DNA of 64,000 nucleotides from Gammaproteobacteria bacterium (GTDB lineage: Bacteria; Pseudomonadota; Gammaproteobacteria; JABABF01): contig OZ250153.1 of NCBI GenBank assembly GCA_965237805.1, positions 736,001 to 800,000 of the forward strand, given 5' to 3'. Below, one piece after another: positions 51,521 through 61,001 of the stretch (position 1 is its first letter; the number at the start of each line of letters is the position of its first letter). A program made the translations under genes and the position numbers. The notes beneath the pieces are model-generated. The model ran no database searches, was not told the DNA's origin, and was given only the letters and a program-made list of their open reading frames with translations.

Positions 51521-52322
51521 CGAGACCGTCCAGCTGGCTGGCACCGACATTCAGCTCACAGCTCTTGCCGCCGTCGATCACCAGCGAGGCACCGGTGATG
51601 TAGGAGGCCTCGTCGGAGGCCAAGAACAAGATGGCGTGCGCCACCTCGACGGGATCGCCAATGCGCCCGTTGGGCACCGAGGCGGCAGTGCCCTGCTCGG
51701 CTTCCTCGGTGGGCAGCGTCGCCTTGGTGCTGGGTGTCATGACCACGCCGGGGATGACCACATTGACACGCACGCCACGACGCGCACCCTCAAGGGCGGC
51801 ACTGCGTGTCAGACTGATCAACGCCGCCTTGGCTGCGCTGTAGGCCGATGCACCCGGGATCGTCAGCAGCGCCATCACCGAGGACACATTGACGACGCTG
51901 CCACCACCGCGCGCCACCATGCCGGGCAAGACCGCACGCAGGCCAAAGAACGAGGCATCCAAGGAGGTCGCAAAAGCGGCACGCCACTCGGCGGTAGAGG
52001 TGTCGGCGATCATGCCACCAGCATAGGAGAAAGCGTTGTTGACGAGGATATCCAAGCGCCCTTCGCGCTCCTCGACCTCGCTGACCACGGCGGCGAAGCG
52101 CTCTTCGTCGGAGACATCGGCGACAACCGCCCGCGCCTTGCCGCCATCGGCCACAATGCGCTCGGCCACCTGCTGCGGCGGTTCTGGGCGACGCCCACAG
52201 ACCACCACCGTCGCGCCCTCAGCGGCCAAACGCAGCGCTGTCGCCGCGCCGATGCCGGTGCCACCGCCAGTGACCAAGGCCACCTTGCCCGCCACCCTGC
52301 CGCCAGCTTTCGCTGTCCCCAT
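51513..52322 (-). CDS. Short-chain dehydrogenase/reductase
   Basis: TGGGTGIG, YSAAK and ITG..L.IDGG motifs. Confidence 0.93.
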   Translation of the reverse strand: MGTAKAGGRVAGKVALVTGGGTGIGAATALRLAAEGATVVVCGRRPEPPQQVAERIVADGGKARAVVADVSDEERFAAVVSEVEEREGRLDILVNNAFSYAGGMIADTSTAEWRAAFATSLDASFFGLRAVLPGMVARGGGSVVNVSSVMALLTIPGASAYSAAKAALISLTRSAALEGARRGVRVNVVIPGVVMTPSTKATLPTEEAEQGTAASVPNGRIGDPVEVAHAILFLASDEASYITGASLVIDGGKSCELNVGASQLDGLDG

Positions 52323-52576
52323 AATCAATCGCTCCCGCAGGCATGCCCTGCCGCTGGCAGATATCGTCCTACCGCATGGCAAGCACCATATGGTGCCACC
52401 AGCACGCTACAAAAAAGCCTGAAAATACTGCCCGCGACGCCAGATTAGCATAGCACAGCCACCGCCACCAGCGCGCCCTGTGGACGGTACAGCACTCGAT
52501 GTCGGTGCTAAAATAATCAACACAAGCAGTGGTCACCAGCGACACACTGGCGGCGACTATTCAAGGAGACGCCCCC

Positions 52577-53521
52577 ATGCCACTAGATCCGCAAGCCAAA
52601 GCCGCATTGGAGTTCCTCAACCAGCCAGAGATGCGGCTCGATGCCGCCGAATGGCCAACCGAGGCTCGCAACTCGATGGTCCTGCCGCCGCCGGAGAATC
52701 CCGAGCAGGTGGCGCGAGTGGAGGATATCAGCATCGACGGCCCCGGCGGCGACTTGCCGCTACGCCTCTACCACCCCGGCGACCCAGACGGCGAACATCC
52801 GCCAGCGCTGGTGCTCTACTTCCACGGCGGCGGCTTCGTTTTCTGCAACTTGGACACCCACGATGCCCTGTGCCGCACGCTGTGCAACAGCACCGGTGCC
52901 GCCATCCTGTCGGTGGACTACCGGCTGGCACCAGAGGCCAAGTTTCCGGCGGCACCGGAGGACTGCTACGCCGCCCTGTGCTGGGGTGCCGCCAATTCAG
53001 AGCAGCTGGACATTGATGCCGGGCGCATCGCCGTGGCGGGCGACAGCGCGGGCGGCAACTTGGCGGCGGTGACCGCCTTGATGTCGCGCGACCGCGGCGG
53101 GCCGACGCTGAGAAGTCAAGTGCTGATCTACCCAGTCACCAGCCAGATCACGAATTCGCCCTCCTACACAGAAAACGGCGAGGGCTATTTCCTGACCCAA
53201 TCGGGCATGGAATACTGCATCAACCACTATCTGAACAGCCCCGAGGACAAGCAAAACCCGCTGGCCTCACCGCTGCTGTCCCCCGATCTCAGCTCCCTGC
53301 CCCCAGCCGTCGTCGTGACCGCCGAATACGACCCACTGCGCGATGAAGGCGAGAATTACGGTCGCCGCTTGGCCGAAGCCGAAGTGCCGGTATGGATGCG
53401 ACGCTACGACGGCATGATTCACGGCTTTGTCAGCATGGGCGACATGATGGATCGCGGCAAAGAGGCTCTCGCCGACATCTCCGAGCAGCTGCGAGTGGCG
53501 CTGGCACCCACCAGCGCCTAA
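52577..53521 (+). CDS. HSL-family esterase/lipase, copy 1
   Basis: HGGG, GDSAGG, YDPL and HGF motifs. Confidence 0.93.
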   Translation: MPLDPQAKAALEFLNQPEMRLDAAEWPTEARNSMVLPPPENPEQVARVEDISIDGPGGDLPLRLYHPGDPDGEHPPALVLYFHGGGFVFCNLDTHDALCRTLCNSTGAAILSVDYRLAPEAKFPAAPEDCYAALCWGAANSEQLDIDAGRIAVAGDSAGGNLAAVTALMSRDRGGPTLRSQVLIYPVTSQITNSPSYTENGEGYFLTQSGMEYCINHYLNSPEDKQNPLASPLLSPDLSSLPPAVVVTAEYDPLRDEGENYGRRLAEAEVPVWMRRYDGMIHGFVSMGDMMDRGKEALADISEQLRVALAPTSA

Positions 53522-53610
53522 GGCTGGGCGAATGGCGGCCGCGCAGCTCCTGCCCTGCCCTAGCATTGCAGCTGAGCCCCTCGCTCAGCTGGCCAGCTAG
53601 GAGCCCTGCC

Positions 53611-54588
53611 ATGCCACTGGATCCCCAAGCCGAAGCCCTGTTGGCGCATTTCAACCAGCCCGACACGCAAATCGACGACTCCATCAGCAACACCGAGCGG
53701 TGGCTGGCCCAAGGCCGCAAGGCGATGGCAACCGTCATGGTGCGCCCGCACTCAAAGCAGGTGGCGCGGGTGGAAAACCTCAGCATCGACGGCCCCGGCG
53801 GCGAGCTGCCGATGCGGCTCTACCATCCCGGTGGCGACAACCCGGTGCCGCTGGTGCTCTATTTCCACGGCGGCGGCTTCGTCTTATGCAGCATCGATAC
53901 CCATGACGATATGTGCCGCACGCTGTGCCGACACACCGGCGCGGCGCTGCTGTCGGTGGAGTACCGGCTGGCTCCCGAGGCCAAGTTTCCGGCGGCACCG
54001 GAGGACTGCTATGCCGCCCTGTGCTGGGCTGCCGCCAATGCGGCGCAATTGAACATCGACCCCGAGCGCCTCGCCGTGGCTGGCGACAGCGCTGGTGGCA
54101 ATCTGGCGGCGGCAGCGGCGCTGATGGCGCGCGAGCGTGACGGGCCGGCCTTGCGCAGCCAAGTGCTGCTCTGTGCGCTCACCTCCCTGCTGCTGGACTC
54201 CCCGGCCTTCGACGAGATCGACCCCAGCTACCTGCTCAACAAGCAGGGTCTGCAACGCTGCGTGGACAGCTATCTGAGCAGCCCCGAGCAACGGCGCGAC
54301 CCGCTGGCCTCGCCGCTACTGGCCGAGGACTTGAGCACGATGCCCCCGGCCATCATCGTGACCGCAGAATACGACCCGCTCTACGATGAAGCCGAAGCCT
54401 ATGGCCGCCGCTTGGCCGAGGCCGAGGTGCCGGTGTGGATGCGCCGCTACCCCGGCATGATCCACGGCTTCATCAATATGAGCGATTTCTTGGATCGCGG
54501 CAAAGAGGCGCTGGCCGATGTCACCCAGCAGCTGTGCGCGGCGCTGGAGCTGGACCCCGCCGACGCACCGGAAGCCGCGACCGGCTAG
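53611..54588 (+). CDS. HSL-family esterase/lipase, copy 2
   Basis: HGGG, GDSAGG, YDPL and HGF motifs; tandem paralogue of copy 1. Confidence 0.93.
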   Translation: MPLDPQAEALLAHFNQPDTQIDDSISNTERWLAQGRKAMATVMVRPHSKQVARVENLSIDGPGGELPMRLYHPGGDNPVPLVLYFHGGGFVLCSIDTHDDMCRTLCRHTGAALLSVEYRLAPEAKFPAAPEDCYAALCWAAANAAQLNIDPERLAVAGDSAGGNLAAAAALMARERDGPALRSQVLLCALTSLLLDSPAFDEIDPSYLLNKQGLQRCVDSYLSSPEQRRDPLASPLLAEDLSTMPPAIIVTAEYDPLYDEAEAYGRRLAEAEVPVWMRRYPGMIHGFINMSDFLDRGKEALADVTQQLCAALELDPADAPEAATG

Positions 54589-54802
54589 CGGGCGCAGCGC
54601 TTAGCCGGAGTAGCCGGAGCAGACAAGCCAGAACCCAACTGCTTGCGACTGCATTTGCAGCAGAATAAGTGCCAATGCACCGATCCCCCACGGGGGTAGG
54701 CGAACGGCGGCTGACGTGACATCCAGGTGCCACCAATGCCAGGCCATCGGAAAGCTGATTAAATTTATTGTTCACCCCAGCAACTAACGAGGTTGATCAG
54801 CT

Positions 54803-55750
54803 GTGCGTTGGAAGCAAAAAGAACTCATACAAAATGCTATTTCATGCCTCCCTGCCCCCATATCCCATGCACTCTATTTTTGGCTCCAAAGACATTTTGG
54901 ATCTTTGCGACAACCTTCGATAACGGATCGCTTGTACTCTGCCGTCGAGCTTTGGAAAAAATTGCTGCATCAAGGGCACTCGCCATCCGAGAAAATATTT
55001 TTAGAGGTCGGCACAGGGAGAATTCCCGGCGCCCCGCTAGCGTACTGGTTAATGGGGCGGAAAAGACTGTCACCATAGATCGGGTGCCTGCCGTGAAAGC
55101 AGCATTGGTGGCAGAGAGTCTTCAATATATCTGACAACACAGAGGAGATTCTCAACCTCTTTGGCTCTTATATCAACCTGGCAAGGTTCGACTCGCTACT
55201 GGCATTCCGTCGAGACTCCCACTTCTCACTGCCTGCTTTTTTCGAGCTGTGCTGTGTGGACTATATTGCACCCGGTGACGCTGCCGACACCCATTTAGCC
55301 GATCAGTGCATTGATTTCCACACATCGATCAGCGTGTTTGAGCATATCCCATTGGACGCGCTAGAACAGATTCTTAGGGAAGGGAACAGAATCACGCGAA
55401 ACAATGGACTGTTTGCTCACTGGATCGACTATAGCGACCATTTCTCGCATACTGACTCAACGCTATCTGCAATCAATTTTCTTCAATATCCTGATCGCGA
55501 ATGGCTACGATACGCCGGCAATCAATATATGTACATGAATCGATTGAGGCATGACGATTTTCTCAGTCTATTTAAGTCCGCTGGTCATCGCCTCATGGAG
55601 GTGGTGTCCATGACAGATTCCCGTATACCAAAATTGTTGGAAAATGAAGACCTGCATTTAGATGAGCAATTCGGCACCAAGCCGTCGATGTGCTGGCCAT
55701 TACAAAAGCGTGGATCATATCGCAGCAAGCCAGCTGACAAGTCGCCATGA
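54803..55750 (+). pseudogene. Class I SAM-dependent methyltransferase, frameshifted
   Basis: FLEVGTG and SVFEHIP in different frames; shifts near 55055, 55130 and 55682; AT-rich. Confidence 0.7.
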
Positions 55751-55873
55751 TAAAAACTAAAGCAAAGTCCGCCGCTTAGACCTATGCTTGTGGAAACGAG
55801 TTCCCGCAATAGCGTGCGACCATCCGCCGCCACTACTGTTACTGTCTGAGCCCCCAGCTGCTGGCTGGCCAGC

Positions 55874-56983
55874 TCAGCGCGCCGTCGCCGCCGCCACCTC
55901 AGACAGCTTGACCACCCGTGTGCGCAGCGGCTCCGGCGTCGCCTCGGGCAGGAACCAACGCAGCCAGATGCGCCCAGAACGATGCCCCTGTGGGCTGATC
56001 CAGTTGGGGTGGGAGGGGTCGCTGTGCGCCACCACCACCGTCCACGAGCCGTCCTCGTTGTACTCCGCTTGGCCGCCGTTGATGGTGCAGCGCTCGTAGT
56101 CGAAGTTGTAGGTGTGCAAGAACTCGTTCCACAAACACAGGTTCCAGAAGACGCACTCGGGCGAGGTGCCGTCGATGATCAGCGCCTCGTCGTCGGCCAG
56201 CACGAAGCTGCCCATGGCATAGGCGGCGTCGCCAGCGGCCCAGCCATAAGTCTGCTTGGGCACCGGCTCCGGCGTTTGGATGACATTGGCCTCTTCCGCC
56301 TTGGGCTGCGGCAAGGGCACCATCGCCGACTGCACCTGCACCCAGACGATGACGGCGCGCAGGCGCTTGGCCAGCTCAGCATCCGTCATCCGATACGGCG
56401 GAGCATCGTCGAGGCATTCGATCCGCCACTCGACGCGGCACCCGCTTTCCGGGTGGATCATGTAGTCGCGGGTGATGGCGACGACGGCATCGTCCTCCAA
56501 TTTGACAAAGGCACCGTCCCAGTCGGCTGGCTTCTCCGACGCCATCATGAACTCGAAGTTGCCGTCGGCGTCGATCTCCAAGCGGCGATCGTTGATGGTG
56601 TCGACGATGCGCTCTGAATAGTGGCCATCGCTCGGCCCGCCGTAGACCGTCAGCGACAGGTAGACAGCGTCGCCTTTGTTCCCACGCACCATGTAGCGAC
56701 GCTTGGGATCTACCGGCGCGAACTGGTAATAGGCATCGGAGTTATCGCCGCCCCACTTCTTGTACGGGCCGACGATGTCGACGAAACGCGGCCGCTGGGT
56801 GTCGGCCCACAGGTAGCAATCCAAGCCGACCCGCAGGATCGAGAAAATCCACTTGTAGCCCGCCAGCGCCGACTGCTCGTCGGGCGGTGCCAGCTCCCCG
56901 TCGATGAACTTGTTGTCCAAGCCCTTGAGCAAATCCATCAATTCAGCAAAGACAGCTGTACTTTCTAAGTTGTGTTGGCTCAT
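55874..56983 (-). CDS. DUF1214-like protein
   Basis: GGDNSDAYY, DADGNFE, DGSWTVVVAH.DP and NWI...G.IWLRW motifs. Confidence 0.75.
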   Translation of the reverse strand: MSQHNLESTAVFAELMDLLKGLDNKFIDGELAPPDEQSALAGYKWIFSILRVGLDCYLWADTQRPRFVDIVGPYKKWGGDNSDAYYQFAPVDPKRRYMVRGNKGDAVYLSLTVYGGPSDGHYSERIVDTINDRRLEIDADGNFEFMMASEKPADWDGAFVKLEDDAVVAITRDYMIHPESGCRVEWRIECLDDAPPYRMTDAELAKRLRAVIVWVQVQSAMVPLPQPKAEEANVIQTPEPVPKQTYGWAAGDAAYAMGSFVLADDEALIIDGTSPECVFWNLCLWNEFLHTYNFDYERCTINGGQAEYNEDGSWTVVVAHSDPSHPNWISPQGHRSGRIWLRWFLPEATPEPLRTRVVKLSEVAAATAR

Positions 56984-57127
56984 GTTCACCGCAGGGCTCC
57001 TCGTCCCCATTCAGTCCCGATGATTGTCTCTTGCCACGACACGGCACTTGTGCCTAGCGATGTCGCACCATAACATAACGCGCACGGGTGGCAACAAGTG
57101 GGCAAATCGCCAAGGGGGGGGGTGGAG

Positions 57128-58330
57128 ATGGCATTTGGAGATGGGCCTGACGACGCGCAGCTGCGGCGCACTTGGCACAGTTTTTGCGATCAACTCAAGG
57201 AGGCTGGCGAGCTGGCTTTCAGCGACGGTGTGCCGCCTAACTCGCTGGATCGCGCCGCCGGCCTGCGCTTGGTCGCCCGCAACATCCCGCTGGCGCTGGC
57301 CTTCCACTTCGAGAACTGCGACCCGCTGCGCCCGGAGATCATGCGCTACTTCGACCCAAGCCGAAAGCAGGGGGGCGACAACGGCGATGCCGTCTACTTG
57401 GGCGCGCAGATCGACGGCCGCTTGCGCTACCGCATCAGCGGGCGGCGCGGCGCGGCGCGCTATCTCGCCATCACCTCGGTCGAGCGCGGCGACACACCGT
57501 GGGGCGGCGGTGTCGCCGACAGTCTGTTCAACGAGCAGCTGAAGACCGATGCCGACGGCAACTTCGAGCTGCTGCTGGGACCTGAGCAGCCCGCCGACAG
57601 TGCGGTCAACTACCTGCGCACCACCCCAGACACCTTCCGCGTAACTTTCCGGCAGTTCTTCGCCGACTGGCAGGGCGAGGAACCGATGACGGCACGCATC
57701 GACTGCCTCGATGCCCCTGATGAGCCCGCTGCGCCGCTCAATGCTGCCGCTCTGGAGCACGGCTTGGCCGAGTCTGTCGACTGGCTGCGCTTCTCGACCA
57801 GCTACTGGGCGGAGAAGATGGATCTGTGGCGTGCGCGACCGCTGGAATTCATCAGCTGGCACGAGATGGAGCACCGCAAGATCGACGCCACCCCGGGCGG
57901 CACGCCGCTGATCTGCTGGTGGGAGGCCGCCCCAGACGAGGCGGTGGTGGTGCGGGTGCGCCCGCCTCGCTGCAGCTACTGGAACTGCGAGTTTGGCAAC
58001 TATTGGTTCGAGACCATGGATTACCGTCAGCGCCGCTCCAGCATCAACTGCCACCACGCCACGCTGGAAGACGACGGCGAACTGATCATCGTCATCAGCC
58101 ACGAGGACAGCGGCCACGCCAACTGGATGGATCCCAGCGGCCACCACAGCGGCTATATGACGATACGCTGGATGGAGGCGGACGACACGCCGCGCCCACA
58201 ATGCCAGCGGCTGCCGATGGCGCAGCTGGCCGAGGCGCTGCCGCCCACTGCCAAGCGCGTCGACGCCGCCGGTCGTGCGGCGCAGCAGGAGGCGTTGCGG
58301 CGCGGTGCCTGCCAGCGCTTCCGCTGCTGA
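57128..58330 (+). CDS. DUF1214-like protein
   Basis: GGDNGDAVY, DADGNFE, DGEL.IVISHED and NWMD...GYMTIRW motifs. Confidence 0.75.
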   Translation: MAFGDGPDDAQLRRTWHSFCDQLKEAGELAFSDGVPPNSLDRAAGLRLVARNIPLALAFHFENCDPLRPEIMRYFDPSRKQGGDNGDAVYLGAQIDGRLRYRISGRRGAARYLAITSVERGDTPWGGGVADSLFNEQLKTDADGNFELLLGPEQPADSAVNYLRTTPDTFRVTFRQFFADWQGEEPMTARIDCLDAPDEPAAPLNAAALEHGLAESVDWLRFSTSYWAEKMDLWRARPLEFISWHEMEHRKIDATPGGTPLICWWEAAPDEAVVVRVRPPRCSYWNCEFGNYWFETMDYRQRRSSINCHHATLEDDGELIIVISHEDSGHANWMDPSGHHSGYMTIRWMEADDTPRPQCQRLPMAQLAEALPPTAKRVDAAGRAAQQEALRRGACQRFRC

Positions 58331-58363
58331 ACACCGTGGCACTTAGCGCAGGATGATGACAAG

Positions 58364-59653
58364 ATGACTGACAGCGACACAGAACGGCCCGCCGAGCGCA
58401 GCTGGCAACCGACACCGCACCCGGACTGGGTGACGGCGACCAATCGCGAGGGCGAAAAATTGGATCTGTGCAGCGTGGTGCCGCTGGACGCGGCCTCGCT
58501 GATGGCCGCCGCCAGCACGGGTGCTGGCCTGACGGACTTCGGCGAGGATGACAGCGGCTGGCGCGAAGGGCTGGAAACTTTGTCGCGGGCACTGGACGAG
58601 GAGGCTCAGTTGAGCTTGATCGGTCGGCTGATGGCGCGCAGCGATCTCATCATCCACTTGCAGGCGCGACTCAATCTGGCAGCGCTGTGGAAGGCCGAGA
58701 CAGTGGTGCTGGAGCAAGAGATCCGCCGACCGCTGTTCATCGTCGGCTTGCCGCGCTCGGGCACTTCCATCCTCTACGAGTTGCTCTCGCAGGATCAGCG
58801 CTTCCGCGTGCCGGCCAGTTGGGAGGCGCTGTTCCCCTGCCCGCCACCGGGCACGGCGGGGGCGGAGCACAGTGAGGCGGCGCGGGCGGCGAGCGCCGAT
58901 GCGCTGTTGCGGCAATGGGCGCAGGTGGCACCGGAGTTCGCCACCATGCACGAGATGGGCGGGAAGATCCCCTGCGAGTGCGGCATGTTGATGGCACCGA
59001 CCATGCTCAGCGACCACATCGTCTCGCACTACCAAGTGCCGTCCTACCATGTGGCACTGGCCGAGGCCGATATGGCTCCGATCTACGCCTACCACCGCCG
59101 CATGTTGCAGACCCTGCAATGGCGGCGCGGCGGCGAGCACGGCTGGTTGCTCAAACAACCCGGGCACTTGGGCCTGTTGCCACAGCTCTTCGCCACCTAT
59201 CCCGACGCACGGCTGATCCAGACCCACCGCGACCCGCTCAAGTGCATGGCCTCGGCCACCAGCCTGCTCGGCACGCTGTACTGGATCCGCTCAGACGCAC
59301 CCTTCGAGGCCTCCGCCTTCGAGGACCTCATCTTTGGTGCCGCCACCGCAGGGCGGCTCACACAGGCCAGTGCTTGGCGCGATGAGGGGGCGATCCCGGC
59401 AGCGCAGATCATGGATTCACGCTACCAAGACCTAATTGACGATCCGGTGGCGGCGGTGCGGCGCATCTACGACTTCCTCGAGCTACCTTTTGGGGAGGCG
59501 GAAGCCGAGCGCATCACCGACTATCTGCGGTGCAAGCCCAAGAGTGCTGCCGGAGTCCACAGCTACGAGCATCTCAGCGCCGAGCAGGCGAACAAGGAAC
59601 GCCCGCTGTTCCGCGACTATCAAGCGCGCTTCGGGGTGCCGGACGAGATCTGA
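58364..59653 (+). CDS. Sulfotransferase family protein
   Basis: FIVGLPRSGTS, WLLKQP and THRDP motifs. Confidence 0.9.
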   Translation: MTDSDTERPAERSWQPTPHPDWVTATNREGEKLDLCSVVPLDAASLMAAASTGAGLTDFGEDDSGWREGLETLSRALDEEAQLSLIGRLMARSDLIIHLQARLNLAALWKAETVVLEQEIRRPLFIVGLPRSGTSILYELLSQDQRFRVPASWEALFPCPPPGTAGAEHSEAARAASADALLRQWAQVAPEFATMHEMGGKIPCECGMLMAPTMLSDHIVSHYQVPSYHVALAEADMAPIYAYHRRMLQTLQWRRGGEHGWLLKQPGHLGLLPQLFATYPDARLIQTHRDPLKCMASATSLLGTLYWIRSDAPFEASAFEDLIFGAATAGRLTQASAWRDEGAIPAAQIMDSRYQDLIDDPVAAVRRIYDFLELPFGEAEAERITDYLRCKPKSAAGVHSYEHLSAEQANKERPLFRDYQARFGVPDEI

Positions 59654-59699
59654 AGATAGGCGCGCCGGGTGGCCGACCGAGCCCACTTGAAGGTGATGA

Positions 59700-60019
59700 C
59701 TGAGTTCCAGCCAAGGCTAAATATCGCGTTGCCGCAGCACATGGTGCACCTCATCTCTTGTTTAGCCGCAGTGCGTCATTAAGATCACAGTCGTTTGCTT
59801 TCCGCAGACAAGCAATTAGTCAAGGTGGCGAGAGAAGACGGGATGCGTTGCCATGACACCCTCTGGGTGATTGACAAATTGGAATCGGAACAGGTCTGCT
59901 CTCAAGCCCATTTGATCCACGTGCTTGAAAGCTGGCTCGGTGATCTAAGGGTCAGTCCACTAAACAAGGACATCCATAGCAGACTTGACCGACTACGGTG
60001 CCAACCCGGCTCGTCGTGA
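59700..60019 (+). pseudogene. PIN-domain protein C-terminal remnant
   Basis: LLSADKQLVKVAREDG..CHDTLWVID resembles the LLTGD..LR..A..EG...HGTLW PIN tail; N-terminus missing. Confidence 0.45.
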
Positions 60020-60153
60020 TTGCCAGCTGGGTATTGTGTTGGCAGGATGCCGAGGCAATACTGCCCACACCCAGTGGGCAGTGATGACACAGCAAGAAGT
60101 TGGAGAAACGCACCACGCAGCGCGATATGATCCCTAGGCGACTGCGGCTTGTT

Positions 60154-60470
60154 TTAGTCTATACACTGGAACTGTAGGAGCACTTGATAGCGGCTTCACA
60201 TGTTGGAATCAGATCGCCAGACACATGGATACAACGTTCCACCTGAGACCCAAAGGATTCGGCGCGGTAACCCCAGTGCACACATTTGACCGCAGCTTGC
60301 ATCGCCACAGCCGACATATCCACTTGCGGCTCTTCAAACGACTCATATTCGTACATGAACTGCACCATTGCATCCGCCTTACTCCCACCGATGAACAGTG
60401 GGGTTTTCACCACGGCACACCCGGACAAAATAACCAGCAAGCCGATTGCCGTGAGATGGCGATAGTTAAT
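60154..60470 (-). pseudogene. YecR-like lipoprotein, decayed
   Basis: LSGC lipobox, GGSKAD and C..WGY; ATT in place of a start after GGAGG; frameshift near 60192 before YQVLLQFQC. Confidence 0.55.
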
Positions 60471-60553
60471 TGCCTTGTGCCTCCAGCAATTTAGAACCTG
60501 ATCAGCAAGTTCAGCACATTGCCAATAGCCTTGGCACCACTGACATGATATTG

Positions 60554-60820
60554 TCAGTCAGCCATCGCCTTCAAGTGGGCATTGAGCCGCCGCTTGTGGC
60601 GGGCGGCCTTGTTGGCGTGGATAACACCTTTGTTGGCCAGCTGGTCCAATTTGGCACTCGCCGCCCGGTACAGGGTCTGCCCGACCTCACGATCCTCGGA
60701 CCCAATCGCCGCCAATACTTTCTTCACCACCGTGCGGCCAGCGGCGCGTTGCCCTGAGCGCAACTGCCGTCGCTTCTCGGCCTGCCGCGCCCGTTTCGTT
60801 GCCTGATTGCTATTGGCCAC
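60554..60820 (-). CDS. rpsT: 30S ribosomal protein S20
   Basis: ANSNQATKRARQ and KGVIHANKAARHK motifs. Confidence 0.96.
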   Translation of the reverse strand: MANSNQATKRARQAEKRRQLRSGQRAAGRTVVKKVLAAIGSEDREVGQTLYRAASAKLDQLANKGVIHANKAARHKRRLNAHLKAMAD

Positions 60821-60866
60821 AACTCACTCTCCGCCCAGCACAAATTCCATGCTAAGCGCTAAGCGC

Positions 60867-60894
60867 ATTATCGCCAGCGCGGCGGCGCTGTCAA
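60867..60894 (-). promoter_or_regulatory. sigma70-like promoter of rpsT
   Basis: TTGACA-16 nt-GATAAT. Confidence 0.5.
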
Positions 60895-60927
60895 CTGCGC
60901 ACTGCCAGTCTGGGCGCTCTGTGCCAC

Positions 60928-60956
60928 TTGAGAAATCATCCTACAGGTGCTACGAT
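60928..60956 (+). promoter_or_regulatory. sigma70-like promoter of Rieske array
   Basis: TTGAGA-17 nt-TACGAT with extended TG. Confidence 0.5.
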
Positions 60957-61001
60957 GTTTTGTCCACGCGCCCGCTCTAATTCAGGTGTCACAAACAGAC
61001 T

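Noticed and set aside
54600-54800. Possible riboswitch (cccc-cacg-gggg hairpin)
   Set aside because: No recognisable aptamer consensus
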